A program made the position numbers and the translations under genes. The notes beneath the pieces are model-generated. The model was given only the letters and a program-made list of their open reading frames with translations, ran no database searches and was not told where the DNA came from. Source: Klebsormidium nitens (Eukaryota > Plantae > Klebsormidiophyceae). Taken from it: a stretch of 64,000 bases of DNA. Location of the stretch: the NCBI GenBank assembly GCA_000708835.1, contig DF237014.1:124001-188000 (forward strand). Reading direction: 5' to 3'. Every line of letters starts with the position of its first letter. The stretch's first letter is position 1. Below are positions 24,412-37,692 of the stretch, piece after piece.

Positions 24412-26283
24412 ATGTCTGTAACCATGGCTATGCAGGCTGTACCTTTTCCACATAGTTCAACACATTTTCCCTTTGGCGGACCGTCGTTTCAGATTCTTCC
24501 GGCCTCGCTGCCGGCCTCCTCCCAACATGCCCAACAACCAAATAGGGATGCCTCCAAGCAGACAGATGCTACAGGCCAGGGTCCGAGAGAGCAAGCACCT
24601 GTTCCTCAACCGCTGCCATGGAAGGGGAAGAGGCCCGGCAGCACAGCCATGGGCAGGCCACCCCTGGCAGCACCGCCGCAGCATGCGAAGAAGCAGAGCA
24701 ATTGGTCAGGGTGGAAGGCAAAGAGGAGGCGGCTAGATGCGTCTGGACAGCAGGGAGGGCCTTTCAAAGCAGCAGTGAGTGCAGCAGACTTTCAGCAGAG
24801 GGGCAGACCTGTCGCATCCGGCCCTACACCAGGTGCTCCACAGTATTACAGGCAATGGTCTGTTCGTTCTGACAGGGCGCCAGCACAGATGGCAGCTGTC
24901 CAACCAGGCCAGAGAGTGGCGAGTGATATTGACCCCCCGCGACTTGTAGACCTGGCCAAGAAGAACAAGCAGAGAGCCAGGCGGTACTACAAGAAGAGCA
25001 GCAGGAATCGAAACAAAGCCTCCCATGAAGGAATGCCGGATGCTCCCAGGAACACCAATTCATTCCTCATGCGGTCGCGGCTCAGAGGCCCCGTGACAGT
25101 AGACTCGCCTGTTGCTCCTGCAGTTTTGCAAGTCCCTCCTATGCCCTCTGAGGACTGGCCTCAAGAGAGGCCCAAGGAGGCCTGGGCTGCTGATGCTGAG
25201 GCTTTGGACGTCAACCCGTATGGGAGCATGAGTGGGGTCATCCGCATGAAGTTGACTGAGACCAGCGAGGCAACAGGCGTGGAGGATGAGGCGGTTGACA
25301 AGGAGGAAGGGGGGGACTCTGAGGACTCTGAGGAAGGGAGCAGTGGGAGCGAGGAGTCTGATGCGGAAGCAGACAGTGTGCAGAGGTTTGAGCAGAGGAT
25401 GGATCAAGGTCTCTCACGCTTTGAGTTGAACTACACAGGAACAGATGGCCAAACTGGAGAAGGAGCATGGGAAGCCGGTATGCTGCGACACCGGCTCTCT
25501 GAAGTTGAGGAGGACAACATGAAGCTGGAGGAGGACAACATGAATCTGCGAGAGGTATGGTGATGCTTTAAGCACTCTGGTAGGATTGTCACTGCAGGGT
25601 ACTAGCAAGGGAGTCTGTTCGGAGCTTAAGAGCTTAAGAAAGCTACCGTATGTCGGCCAGAAAATAGAGCTTGTTTGAATGCAATTGGAAAGGGCATTTT
25701 TCACCTTCGAATAACGGCACTAAAAAGAAAGGCTGCTGCCATTGTTGACAGTGTTGCTTGGCAGGGGAGTAAATGTGTGGTTCTTTGTCAATCATCTATC
25801 TATGCTAGACTGCGATCAAGTGCCACGTTTACCTGGCAACATTTAGACAACTTTCGCTTTTCTCTTTCGCAGAAACTGTTTCTGGCAGAGAACCTGATCA
25901 GGGAGCTGCAGAGGAGGTTGTCGCGGACAAGTGCAGGAGCAAGCGTAGTTCCTTCAGTGGACTCTCGAGGCAGCGGCGGTGCTTCCTATGCCATGGGGGC
26001 GCTGGCGTACCCTCAGGCCTCATCGTCTGCATCGGAGGAGGGGGCGTCATCCGGCGGCGACCTCCTGGGCATCCTATTCGGGGAGGGAGATGCTCAGATG
26101 TGCACACCTGCTGATGCTTTGTGTGCACCCGGCGACATTGATGAAGATGCTGACTCGCGGCAACCGCTGCCTGTGCAGAAGGCTCACCCCGAGATGCCTG
26201 CCTCAGTTGTTCATGCAAGTGTCAGCGGTGATACAGATCTCACCAGAAGTACAGGTACAGAGATAGGCATTATGCAGAAGTAG
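24412..26283 (+). CDS. PRL1-interacting-factor-A-like protein with HEXIM-like architecture
   Basis: Exons 24412-25554 and 25873-26283 (phase-0 intron). Motifs KKNKQRARRYYKK, APRNTNSFLM, NPYGSMSGVIRM, an acidic tract, EQRMDQGLSRFELNY, and coiled coil LEEDNMNLRE|KLFLAENLIRELQRRL. Matches my memory of the land-plant PRL1-interacting factor family; not database-checked. Confidence 0.8.
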
Positions 26284-28317
26284 GATAATTGGAGCAAGTG
26301 GCAGACTGAAATTTGAGTTCCTGTCGAGCCTTGTCACAGATTGGGCGCGTCTCTGCTCTCTGGGCTGCAATTGCGGCCTGGACCTTGGGCAACCTCGGAC
26401 GCGCCTGGTAAGCCAGCAAGTGGACGCTGCTCACCTTTGCAACTGCTTGTTGAGCATTGTTGACAGCTTTGTTGTGAAGCATGTCGAGACCATGGTTTTT
26501 TTTTGCAGATCAGCTGCTGCTGTTCTTGTCTACCGTATCTTCTCTGCGTTTCTTGCATGTTAGCTCATCTCACAGTAGTGCCACGAGCTGATGCCACGCT
26601 TGCTCATGACAGAGTCCGGCTCTGTCGCTCCGAACCAGAGTGGGCCACTCGTTGTGGTAAGGTGCTTTCCCTGCGTCCTCTGTTATCAGCCGTTACCACT
26701 GCTGTTAGCCCAGCCGCAGAGTGTGTACAAAAGTAGGGCAAGCGGAAGTGTTACAGTAAGATTACGTGACTTGTAAATATGGTGGCCATGTGTATGGTGC
26801 AATTTTGACAGGAATTCCAGCTGGTGATCAGCTGGTGAGGTCTTACGGTCTCAGCAGCGTGTGCAGTCACTGGAGTGCTTGACTGGTACCAACGCGCGCG
26901 GCACAAAACTTGCACGCAACTCTACAAAGCTAAGTGCGCTGTGAGATTATGCACTTCTCAATCCTGTAGCTCCTGCTTGCATCATGATTGTCAGTGCTCT
27001 CAAGAGGAATTGAATATGTATGGCGTTTGCTTTAAAGCTCAAGGGCGCCCTGGAAGGGGTATATTGTACTGGTTATGAAGTTGACCAGACTTGGGGTCTG
27101 CTATCCCTGCACAAGGTGCTCACTCAAAAGTAAGAACAGTCCAGAATTTGCTGGTCTTTTGTCTGTAAGCAACTAAAGCAGGGGCTTGCGGCTGCTAAAT
27201 CCTATCCTATTAGGTCATCGACACCCTTTGCCAGTTTGGCTATCTCCTTTATGTATCCTCTTAGAAGGGCAGGGGAGTGCTATAGGCATGCCGGGCTTCC
27301 TTCCTTGTTGGCAGTTTGTGTCCAACACAGATTTGCAGCAAGGACCCAGGAGCAGCTGGTCGCAACCCCTCGAAGACAGCGAGCGTGAAGCAACAAGGCT
27401 GGCTGCAAATGCCCCCTTCCCCTCGAAATTGGTTGACAGATACCTTACTTCCAATTCTCCTCTTCTAAGAGGAGGTTGGGAACCACCTTAATATCAATGC
27501 TATAAGTATCATGTAAGAAAGTGTCCCCTTAAAGGCAACCACTTCGCATTGAAGTGGGAGGTCCTCTAGTAATTGGTGTGACTACGTTTGGACCACGCCA
27601 GAAGCTAGATGTTGCTACCAATAATAGTGTGTGGCATGGAGGGGTCATGGGAGTTGGTACCACCTACATGCTAAAAATAAATGGTCATCATTTCATGAAT
27701 TTGCATGGCGATTTCGGATATGTGAAACGAGTCCTTGCAATGTTGAATGGTCAATCCTTGACTCAATGTAGTGACTCGCGCTGACGAACATGTTGACGAG
27801 TGTTGCTTTTATTTATACACCTTTAGAGGCCTCGAAACACCCCCTTGGGACGTGGACAGGTCCAGTACTTCCACTTTGCGTGAGTGTGCGGGTACACAGT
27901 ATTATTTGTTACATTAATTATGCGCAGTTGTAAGGTTCATCGCGGCCACAATGTACTGCGGGTTTTCAGATAGACCATGCAGCAAGTACAATCCCGGCAT
28001 GGGGCATGGGGCCCGACCATGGGCTCATGAAACAATTTGCATGGGCCCATTGGGATCATGTGATGGTTCTTAGCGTATTAGGACACTCCACGACGGAACC
28101 CAATCTCCTCATTGCATGAAGATGCAAAGAAATGGATGGATGCTGTTATTTCGCAACGAGAATGCTTTGCAAATACAAAATACTCCATGATACCTTTTAC
28201 CAGGGCGGCTGCGATAAATTCACCCTGATGTTGTGCCAAAACTTAAGCCGGATCAGCGCACATACGCATAGTGGGTTGCGATGTGCTGTAGAAGTGAATC
28301 AAACACAAGGGAACGAA

Positions 28318-30546
28318 TCATTTCGATAGTTCTTTCGAGCGTTGAGCCGCTGCTAGGACTGCGTTTATCAACGTTGATCGTACCCCTCCTTTTTCGAGTT
28401 CGTGTAACCCTGCTATTGTTGTCCCTGTACACATAAACAAAACATCTGAGATCTTCACCACAGGAACCTCGTTTGACAATGAACTCGAGGTGAATAAACA
28501 TTGAGTGGAACGAATTTGAATTTGATTCACCTCCCTGACTTACCTCCTGGCGAAGCGACCGAGTCTTTCAACACCCCCGGATGCTTCCCCGTCTGCAAAA
28601 CCATCTCTGCTGCCCCCTTCACAGTCTGGGCTGCTAAGGACAGTGCAATGTCTCGTGGCAGTCCTGCCGCAACTCCCCCGTCTGCCAGGGCTTCGATGGC
28701 GATGAATATGTAGGCTGGTCCGCTTCCACTGCAAACAGTTATCCACCAACTACGCTTTGCCACTCAGGAAAACAAGTCGACATTCTTCTGCTCACATGGA
28801 ACGAAGTCGAGGAGATTTCATCAGCAACGTCCAAAATTAAGGAATAAGAGATCGTCACTGGAACGAGCACACTTGGTCGCAGTCGAAAACAAGTTGCGTG
28901 ACTGCTAGAAGGGAGACAGAGCCAACCGAAGAGTAGATTCGAAGATTTGGCCTTGCAATACTGCCTACGAAAGACTCAGTTGTCATTCAGTCTGCACGTT
29001 AGCAGGGGTTGGCTTTCACCTGAGGCCTGTGACTGCATCTAGCAGGTTCTCGGGCACAACGTGCACAAGCCCCACGGCACTGAACAGCTTCTGCACCAGT
29101 TCTCCGTCAGCCTCAGTTGCGTGCTTCCCCAGGGACAGAGCTGCGAGGCCCGCTGGTCAGGTTAGATCGCTCACTTGGCACGAACTTCTAAAGCCATGTA
29201 CGAATTCAGCATTGAGAAACAGCTTTGTTTTTGACACGATTGACCACACAACCAGAGTTGTTCTCCTTCACCGATGCCACCTTTCAAAAGGGTTTCTTGG
29301 GGAAAAAGACGGAGAGACTAAGTTCCTTATATGACGGGATTCCAAGGTCACAACTTTGGACAAACTCACCTGCAGCGGTCTCCCCAACGAGGCACGGGGT
29401 ATTTGGCATCACTCGTACAATCCTTGCTCCTTTCCCAGCGGCCGCCTGCAGAGCGGGTGCATGGAGTTTGCAAACTGCATCCCACACATACCATCCGAGA
29501 ACCAGCACTAGCCAACCCATGGAAGCAATCCTGACAATCATAGAAGGAGCACATTTTCCAAATCCTGAACCGAGATTCAGAAATTAGACGCTAATGGTGT
29601 GCGTCTGACAAGCCCATGGTGATCTGGGCTGATTGCGTAAGATACAGAAGGCTGCAAACATCTGCCAGGAAGACAATTGATGGTTGGTAAGTGGTGGTTC
29701 TCACCTGCAGTTGTTCCAGTGTGACGCCCGCGGCGATAGACACAATCAAGTGCCTCTCCGTCAACGTGGTCTGCAGCTCTTCAAGGACCTTCTTAACTGA
29801 GAAACAGCAGAGACTTGGGCAACTTGTGAGGTCTAATCAAGCATGAAAAGGTCAAACAGGTAGTGTGAGGTTTGATTAGATGCAGATGTGCGGGGAGCTT
29901 TTGATCCAGCCGACTTTGCATCACAAGATTTTGGTGTCAAAACACTAGGCTTACCGACATAGGGCTTGACCGCCAAAAAGATCACGTCACTCTTCTCCGC
30001 CACCTGCACAGTGGAATGTCGTCGCTCAGGTTCATCTACAGCAAAAGCCAAGACCCACTTTGTTGCCTGCCTTCTTACTGCCATCTAAGCAGACAAGCAA
30101 TCTGAGCGCACCCCCAAAACCGTAGCTCCAAATCGCAAACAACACCCATTGTGATTGAAACACCAATTATGATTATGGGGGGGGCTTAGCCATGCAATAC
30201 GCTTTCTAAGGCTGACCAGCCATACCACCCTTCTTTAGACCATGGCGAAAGACTGTGCCCCTGTTACATTGGAGCTGGTATCATTGTTTGCAGCCCAATG
30301 GAGGCCATGAAAAGACTGAACACATGCGTGACGGCCGTATGAGCAGTAGATGCTGACCTCCACATTGCTCTGCAGAGCGGTCACACCAAAACTGCTAAAC
30401 ACCTCTCTCCTTGCCTCCGATGGGTCGGTGGCAAATTGCTGGCTAGCCGGCACGACACCAGCTTTGCTGAACCCGCGCGCCATGGCTTCGGCCATCTGGC
30501 CAGCTCCAATGAAGCCAACATTGACGTCTAAGCTTGATTCTGCCAT
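28318..30546 (-). CDS. P5CR: Pyrroline-5-carboxylate reductase; in-frame extension possible to ATG 30885
   Basis: Exons 30358-30546 ([11 protein letters not shown]), 29955-30003, 29705-29796 ([11 protein letters not shown]), 29370-29445 ([11 protein letters not shown]), about 29020-29140 (LLDAVTGLS), about 28544-28729 (GSGPAY...[14 protein letters not shown]) and a last exon [14 protein letters not shown]...ELSK*. Confidence 0.97.
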
Positions 30547-31821
30547 TGTCTCCTCTTCGGAATTCGCTTCTGGACTTGCCTTTGCAATCAGATTGTTGAT
30601 GATCTTTGATGAGATGGACAGCTTCCTGACACTGGTCCGCTTTGCAGCCAGAGGTGCGAATTGCCCCTGCCAAAGCCCGGAACGAAATGCAAGAAACGAA
30701 TAGGAGCTGTTCTTTGAACACTCTGCAGACAAAATGGTGGTGTTCGCCTTAAAAGAATCTGCAATCTGCAGGGCACCACCGTTGATAAGGGTGTGGCGAG
30801 AATGCGGGCCAAGAGTCGCAGGGGAGACAATGGCAATTCCTTGGAAAAGAGTGGACACTTTCCTGCAAGCTTGAGCGAAGGACATCGTCAAACTGTCGCA
30901 TTGCCCCTGTGAGAAATGCAGCTGATGACGGCGACAGGGCGAGCTTGCGCGAGCTGGGCCCGGCCGTGTTCCCATGTTCCGGCGGATACCGCTTTCCGTC
31001 GGAGCAGGCTGTCTGGAATCTGGATGGCAGATAGCCCCGGAAAGAATTCAGAGCCCTCACAGCCGCAGACCGTATGCGGCCTGCTGCATGGCCCTCCACC
31101 AAGTGCGGGCCCACTGTGAAGCTGATCCGGCACTTCCAAAGCCTAAGGGCACCGCGGATGCGAGATCAGCAAACTTGAAACACGGAGCAAGTACAGATGC
31201 CGCATGTGGACGGAGGTCGACTCTTTTTGGTCACCAAGGGCACGTACAAAGCGGCCGCGAGAGGCACATTTGTACTTATGGACTTGCATTGGATGACCAA
31301 GAGCCGCCGGTCAAAATACGTCCTCAAGGAATCCAGTTAGCTCAGCTTCAAACTTGGTGTCTTGATGCGTATTTCTTCCGCTTCTTTTGACCCATAGGGA
31401 TATCCTGACTGATAGAACCCGAGTCATTGGCTTCGTAATCTTGCATTCCATGACGGTCTACAAACAGCAATAGAAATGATCATGGCGCACAACATGAGTG
31501 CATAATATCAAGAAGCACCACAAAAACCTCCGCACAATAAAGTTGGTTCGGCTTTGAATACAGTGTAAGACTCTAGGGTCTCAGGTACGGGAGCCCTAGC
31601 ACCTGCCAAACTTGGCATCATTGCACTAGCCAGATGAAATACTTTTACAACTCGCTTGCGGTCTTCAATGTTGGCACTCGATCTGTATTGCAACCTTTTA
31701 TTGCTAAGCAGCGAATGTCGAATTGATGCCACAATGGCGTGGCTACCTTTGGAAACGCTGTACCTGGATACCTTCTATCAGTGTCTATATGAAAAAGGGC
31801 GCATAGCCGCCTATACTATTT

Positions 31822-34800
31822 CTAATTCTTCCGCTTTGTGTTCATCCTCTCATTCTTGCACATGCGTACACTCTTGGGGGTGACCTCTACAAGTTCGTCT
31901 TCCTGGATGTACTCCACACAGTCGTCGAGGGACATGTCGATGGGGGCGTCCAACGGAACTGCAGAAAACACAAGTCATCGAGAGTCAGTTGCTAGCTCAA
32001 CAATTCCCGACACGCTCCCACATCAACCTCCCAGGAATCGAAAACTGCCGACTTCCACAAGCAGGATACTCATGCCGACTTCCACAAGCAGGATACTCAA
32101 CCCCACTGAATATTGTCCTACGTGCCCCCTTTGTTGATTCCAAGAAGCAAAGCGTCGCTCACCTTTGACGTCAGCGTTGGAGCGCACGTTGGTTGCGGCC
32201 TTCTTCTTGCAGACGTTGAGCTGGAGGTCCCCCGGCCTTTGGTGGATGCCCACAATCTGGTTCCGGTACACATCGAGGCCCGGCTTCACGAACAGCTTGC
32301 CGCGCTCCTGGCAACTCACCAGCGCATACGATGTTACTCCGCCCGTCTCGAAAGCCACCTGCGCAAGCATACAACACGTCAGGACAGCTAATCGACTCTA
32401 AATCATCAGGGTCGGAACAATGATAAGGGATTGACTGATACAGAAACGAGGATCCTTCTTCTCCAGACTCCCTTACTCCAGGAGACCCGCTTTCAACTCG
32501 GCGTTTGGATACGTAGCCGCCAATCAAGAGACGCTTCACAAAGACCATGTACGACACTGAGGATCGCAGCAACTACAGCTTTGAAAAAGTGCAAACGCTT
32601 CAAATACGACGTTTCACGCCTGCAGAAAAACACATGCTTTGTGAACGCCACTTGACCCCGCGGTTGACCCGCAGCTTACCAGCGAGCCGTTGTCCCTGGT
32701 GGCCAGGTCCCCCGCGAGGTCGCCGTACTCCATAAAGATGGTGTTGATGACGGCCGTGCCGCGCGTGGCCGTCAGCAGCGCATTCCGGATGCCGAGCAGG
32801 CCGCGCGTCGGGATGCGGTACTTGACCACGGTCATGCTCTCCATCCTGGAATACCGACAATCGAGTCAGGATCTGCCGAGCAGGCCCGCTTGCATCGATC
32901 ATATCCAGACCTGCCTTGCATGAACTCAAGGTAGCAAAGAGGAGTGATACCCTCACGCCCCAAGAGGCAGGAAAGAGCATGCCGGTGCAACACTCGGGGT
33001 GCTTGCTCCACAGGAGGAACACAACCAGAACGTGGTGCGCGTGTAGCAGACGTGCTCGAAGCACTTTCAACGGTCACGTTGAAAGCTTTTCTTATTCTCG
33101 CCGTCTTGCTTACCCTGTGCTGAGGTCCATCATAACCCCTTTCCTCTTGCCCAAAAGGTCCACGACGGACCCCACGTACTCCTCCGGCACCTCCACTGTG
33201 CACTCCTGCATAAGAAAGGGGGGGCGTCAGAAACGGGAGCGAAAGGAGAAACCAGTATGAGGCTCCCTCCGCCAACCTTCGGTTCCAGCCAACTAGTACG
33301 GCTGGCTACTCACCGCCAGTCCTTGCTTGCCAAGCGCATTTTAGAGATAACAAGTTGGAGGTGCAAAATTACCCGACACGTCTCCAGCGATTGTTCAGTA
33401 CCTGGACCGAAGCCTCGCACCTCTTGCAGAGAGAGGCGCTGAAGAGGCATGTGACCGAGACATTGCGCAGCGGCAGCCGCAGCCTACCTCATAAGGTTCC
33501 CGTTTCTGGCCGTCAACCTCCTTGAAAATGACCTTGGGGGGCCCAATCATGAACTCGTAGCCTTCTCTCCGCCTGCAACCAGCCGCAGATTGAGTCCACT
33601 TAGTTCCTTCTCGAAAGGCCCGGCTCCGACCAGCTCCTGATGGTCATGCAAAACCTAGCACTGAATGCAAAAAGGAGAGTCACAGGTAGCTGGCCTTCCG
33701 CAGCAAAGCTCGTCATCTTGATCTCGAGCGCCCTTGGTTGAACCTTTCGAATCCTAGCTTCTCAAGAGCACAACAAACAGTTGGTTTGACCAGACTTCAT
33801 TCACCAGCCTTCTTTGAGCCCTCACATGTTTTCGATCAAGATGGTGATGTGCAGCGTTCCCCGCCCGCTGACGATGAACGAGTCTGCCGTCTCCCCATCC
33901 TCTACGGTCATGGCCAGATTCCTTTCGATCTCACGATACAGCCGGTCACGCAGGTTGCGGCTCGTCACGAACTTGCCCTGCACATTGAAACAGGTACGGC
34001 GTCAAAAAGCGACCTCAAGGCCAGTACCGCTTGTTGAACACAGAATTTGCACAGTTAGGCCTTGTTGTCTGCTCTCAAACGGTTCTCCAATCCCATCTAT
34101 CTGATTCTGACTCTAATTTCGGGAAGAAAAAAAAAGGCAATTGAAACCCTCAAGGAGCCGTATGACTGGACCCCTCGAGGAGCCGAATGACAGGACCAGT
34201 TCTCAAGGCGGCTACGCTTTTCAAAAAGCCACTGCCGGACCACTTTGCCCAAATGGTCCCAGGAGCGGTCTGCGACCAAAACCCCTGCTCTTTGTACAAA
34301 AACCAGTCGTCGGCAGTCACTTGGTGATGAAAAGCAAGAGTTAGGGTCTTGATTTTCAGCTGACCTCCTGACCAGCGAAGGGGCTGGTGTTGATGTTGAA
34401 GGACATGCGCACGGTCGGCTCCTCCACAGTGATGGTGGGCAATGCCACCCCGTTCGCCCGGTCTGCAATCGTCTGCCCAATCATGACGTCACCCAGCCCC
34501 GTGATGGCGCAGATGTCGCCCGCTTCGACCAGGTCCTTCGACACCTTCCCAAAGTTTTCGTACACAAACACCTCCGAGATGGCCGCAATCCGGCACACGT
34601 CGTCAGGCGTGCAAATCTGCATGTGGTGGACATATGATTGAGGAATAATAGGAGTTTGACACAGCCCGATCGAAAAAAGGCATCCCGCTGCCCCGACACA
34701 AAGCTGGCAAGGGTCAAAGATCAAGCTGGGGGACAAGCCTACGCCTCCGAGTTGCCACATGTTTCCTTGTCGAGGTTGCTCAACGAGCAGATTTCTGCCT

Positions 34801-37692
34801 GCTTATACAAAATGCCCATGATCTGCAGCGTACTCAAAGGAAAATCATGCAGAAAAGTGGCAAGGAAACGGAATGAGGAATGGCTGGCTCTCTATCAGTG
34901 GACGGGTACAACAGCCCTGTACTGCGACCCTGAACATGCCCCATAAGCACTTCGCCGACAATATTCGTATCCTGAGGAGCTTCAGGTAACACCCTGGCTG
35001 CAGGGCATCAGGCAGGCGCACCTTGACCATGTCACCCTTCCTGACGCTCCCCGCTGCCACTCGCCCAATGCAAATCCGGCCCTTGTGCTCGTCATAGTCA
35101 AGGTTGGTGACCTGCACAAACTGACACCGAGTAAGGATCTTGGAGACATGATGGCAGGCGACCAAAATGAGCAAACCAGAGGTCCGCTCTCAATCACTCT
35201 CATGAGTTTTCTTGACAATCTCTGTACTTGGAACTGCGCTCCAAGCACAAAGCTGCTTATGACTGTTTGCGGGTTTGACCAACGCTGAGAGGCGCCTAGT
35301 CCAGTTCTGACAGCCAAGCGCTGGTGCCAGGTTGCCGGTGCGCTCACCAGCATCTGGAGGGGTGCATTGTGGTTGACCTTGGGGGGGTCCACGCAGCGCA
35401 GGATGGTCTCAAACAGGGGCTCCAGGTTGTCCGCCATGTCGCTGGGGTCCAGGCCCGCAATGCCCTGGAACCCACTGGCGTACACCACTGGGAAATCGCA
35501 CTGTAAGCAGATCATGGACAACATCAAAAGCTGCCCATGCTGACCGCTGACCTGGAAGGGCATATCCAGACTGGGGTCTACTTGGCCAAATATTATGCCC
35601 CATCATGCGACCGAGCGATGCACATTGATGCTTGATGAGACAGTTGTTGAGCCTTGGCTTAAAGCCTTACTTTTCGGTGGACTTGAAGCTTGACTGGACA
35701 AGGGGCCACAATGAGCGTAGGCCCCCTTATGGAACCCTAAAACCTCAAGATCCTGATTGAGCCCTCACCTGCTCGTCTGTTGCCTTGAGGTCACAGAAGA
35801 GCTCGAATGTGGTGTCCACCACGTAGGCAGGCCGTGCGGACGTCCTGTCAATCTTATTGACCACCACCACCACACGCTTACCCAGCTCCAGCGCCTTCTT
35901 CAGCACAAACCGGGTCTGGGGCATGGGGCCCTCCACAGAATCAACCTATAATCAGAAGCAGTAGAGTTCAGCGACTGCTGGGCGCCAGGAGCATTATTTA
36001 TGGAGGGGTTTATTTCTGCTAACATTTCTGGACCTGCACTTAAGCTGCATTAGACTCGACTGTGTCTGCCTTGGGAACTTCTTGTGGTCGAGTGCGTATA
36101 GCTGTACAATGGCTGCCGCATCTGTTCCCGTCTCAGGGTGGAGAATTGAAAGGCAGACCATCAGGACAACACCGATGATGCCTGCACCACTTAGCTATCG
36201 AAGGGGTTTTGGTTGCACGTAACAGGAGAACCAAACGAGCCCTTCATGAAGAGGGTAACCCTATAAAGCCAGGGATTCAAACTTTTTTGTGCCAAGAGGG
36301 CTTGTCAAATGCAATGCCACTCCTAACAACAGTTCCACTTGATGCCCCTGCTAGAAGCATCCACGAAAGCCTCAATCAATCAATAGCCACTCGATACATA
36401 CATGTGCAACTCTTTGCGAAACTAATGAGAGCCAACGACTTTCTTACCAGGAGGAGCACCCCGTCAACCATGTTGAGCACGCGCTCGACCTCCCCGCCGA
36501 AGTCTGCGTGACCGGGTGTGTCGATGATATTGATCTTGGTGTCCTTGTAAGTGATGGCGGTATTCTTGCTCAGAATAGTAATCCCCCGCTCACGTTCCAG
36601 GTCGTTGCTGTCCATGATGCGCTCCTGCACCACCTGGTTGGTGCGGAACACCTTGGCCTGCCGCAGCATGCTGTCCACTAGCGTCGTCTTGCCGTGGTCG
36701 ACGTGCGCGATAATTGCAATGTTGCGGATGTCGTCCCGGAACTTCTCCTTGGCCGACGCTGCTGCAAAAGACAGCCTCGCACAGGTCAGCACGCGCAGCT
36801 TGGGCAGGGCAGAAGCAGGGGGTCTGCGCTCCTCAGTAAAGGGATAAGTGTTGTATTTGAAAAGCGGGGTTGCTGGAGGGAGATGCTGTATGGGGGCTCA
36901 GAGGAAAGGCACTGCCAAGCTCAGAAAGCACAAAGCAATGCTGCCGAGGCTGAGCGGACGAGGCAGGTATAAGGATCTAGGAGCGTAACTCATGATGTGA
37001 GGCTGGCCGGCATTGAGAGTGCTAGTGATCGCCAAGTGGCACTGACTATACAGGCTCACTCAGCAACCCAAGTAGAGTGGCAGAAAGGGTCTCATAGCAG
37101 AAGAGCTGTCAGACTGAAGCTGCTATCCACAAGGCTTATGAGGTTGCAAACACCATTACCTGATACCTACAAACTAAGAAAACCCTAAGAACATTACAGA
37201 CTTTCTTGGACAGCTTGTCTCCCGACCGTCGCTCCTAGCTCACGGAATCAATAAACTCAAGAAGCAGACGAAGAGAAAGCACGGAGCTCTTCTTCTATAG
37301 ATCTCTGAACAGTGGAGCCCCACAAGATCTGTGAGCAGCCATACAAGCGAAAGCCACAGAGGCAATGTTGACAGTCAGCGTCGCGCACCATCTTTCTCAA
37401 GATCCGCTGGGGGTGCAGCCAATGTTGCACGAGCAACTCCGGCCGCCCTTGTGGCACGCACAAACTGCCTCTCTGACCTCGCACCACTGTCCAGGGCCTG
37501 TCCCATGAAGCCGCCCCTTAGCTCTGCTTTTTCCATCCTGGGGGCTGCACCACTTTGCCCCTCCCTCCATGACAGGCCAGCACTAGCGGGGCACACAGCA
37601 GTCTGCCGTGCCAAAGAGGCTGCCGACGATGCCCCTGCCAACGCTTGTCCAGCAGAAGCCCTCGCTGCGAGGGATGCGGTACTGGCAGCCAT
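31822..37692 (-). CDS. TYPA: Plastid TypA/BipA translational GTPase (SVR3-like) with N-terminal transit peptide
   Basis: Ala/Ser/Arg-rich first exon from 37692, then [93 protein letters not shown] and [14 protein letters not shown]. Confidence 0.97.
32046..32099. repeat. 27-bp tandem duplication in the last TypA intron
   Basis: tgccgacttccacaagcaggatactca x2. Confidence 0.95.

Noticed and set aside
27990-28070. Cluster of CATGG/GGGCCC motifs between convergent genes
   Set aside because: I found no TIR pair, TSD or second copy to support a mobile element.
37178-37190. Telomere-like or telo-box motif AAAACCCTAA (similar at about 35733 and 62925)
   Set aside because: Single short copies are expected by chance; there is no array.
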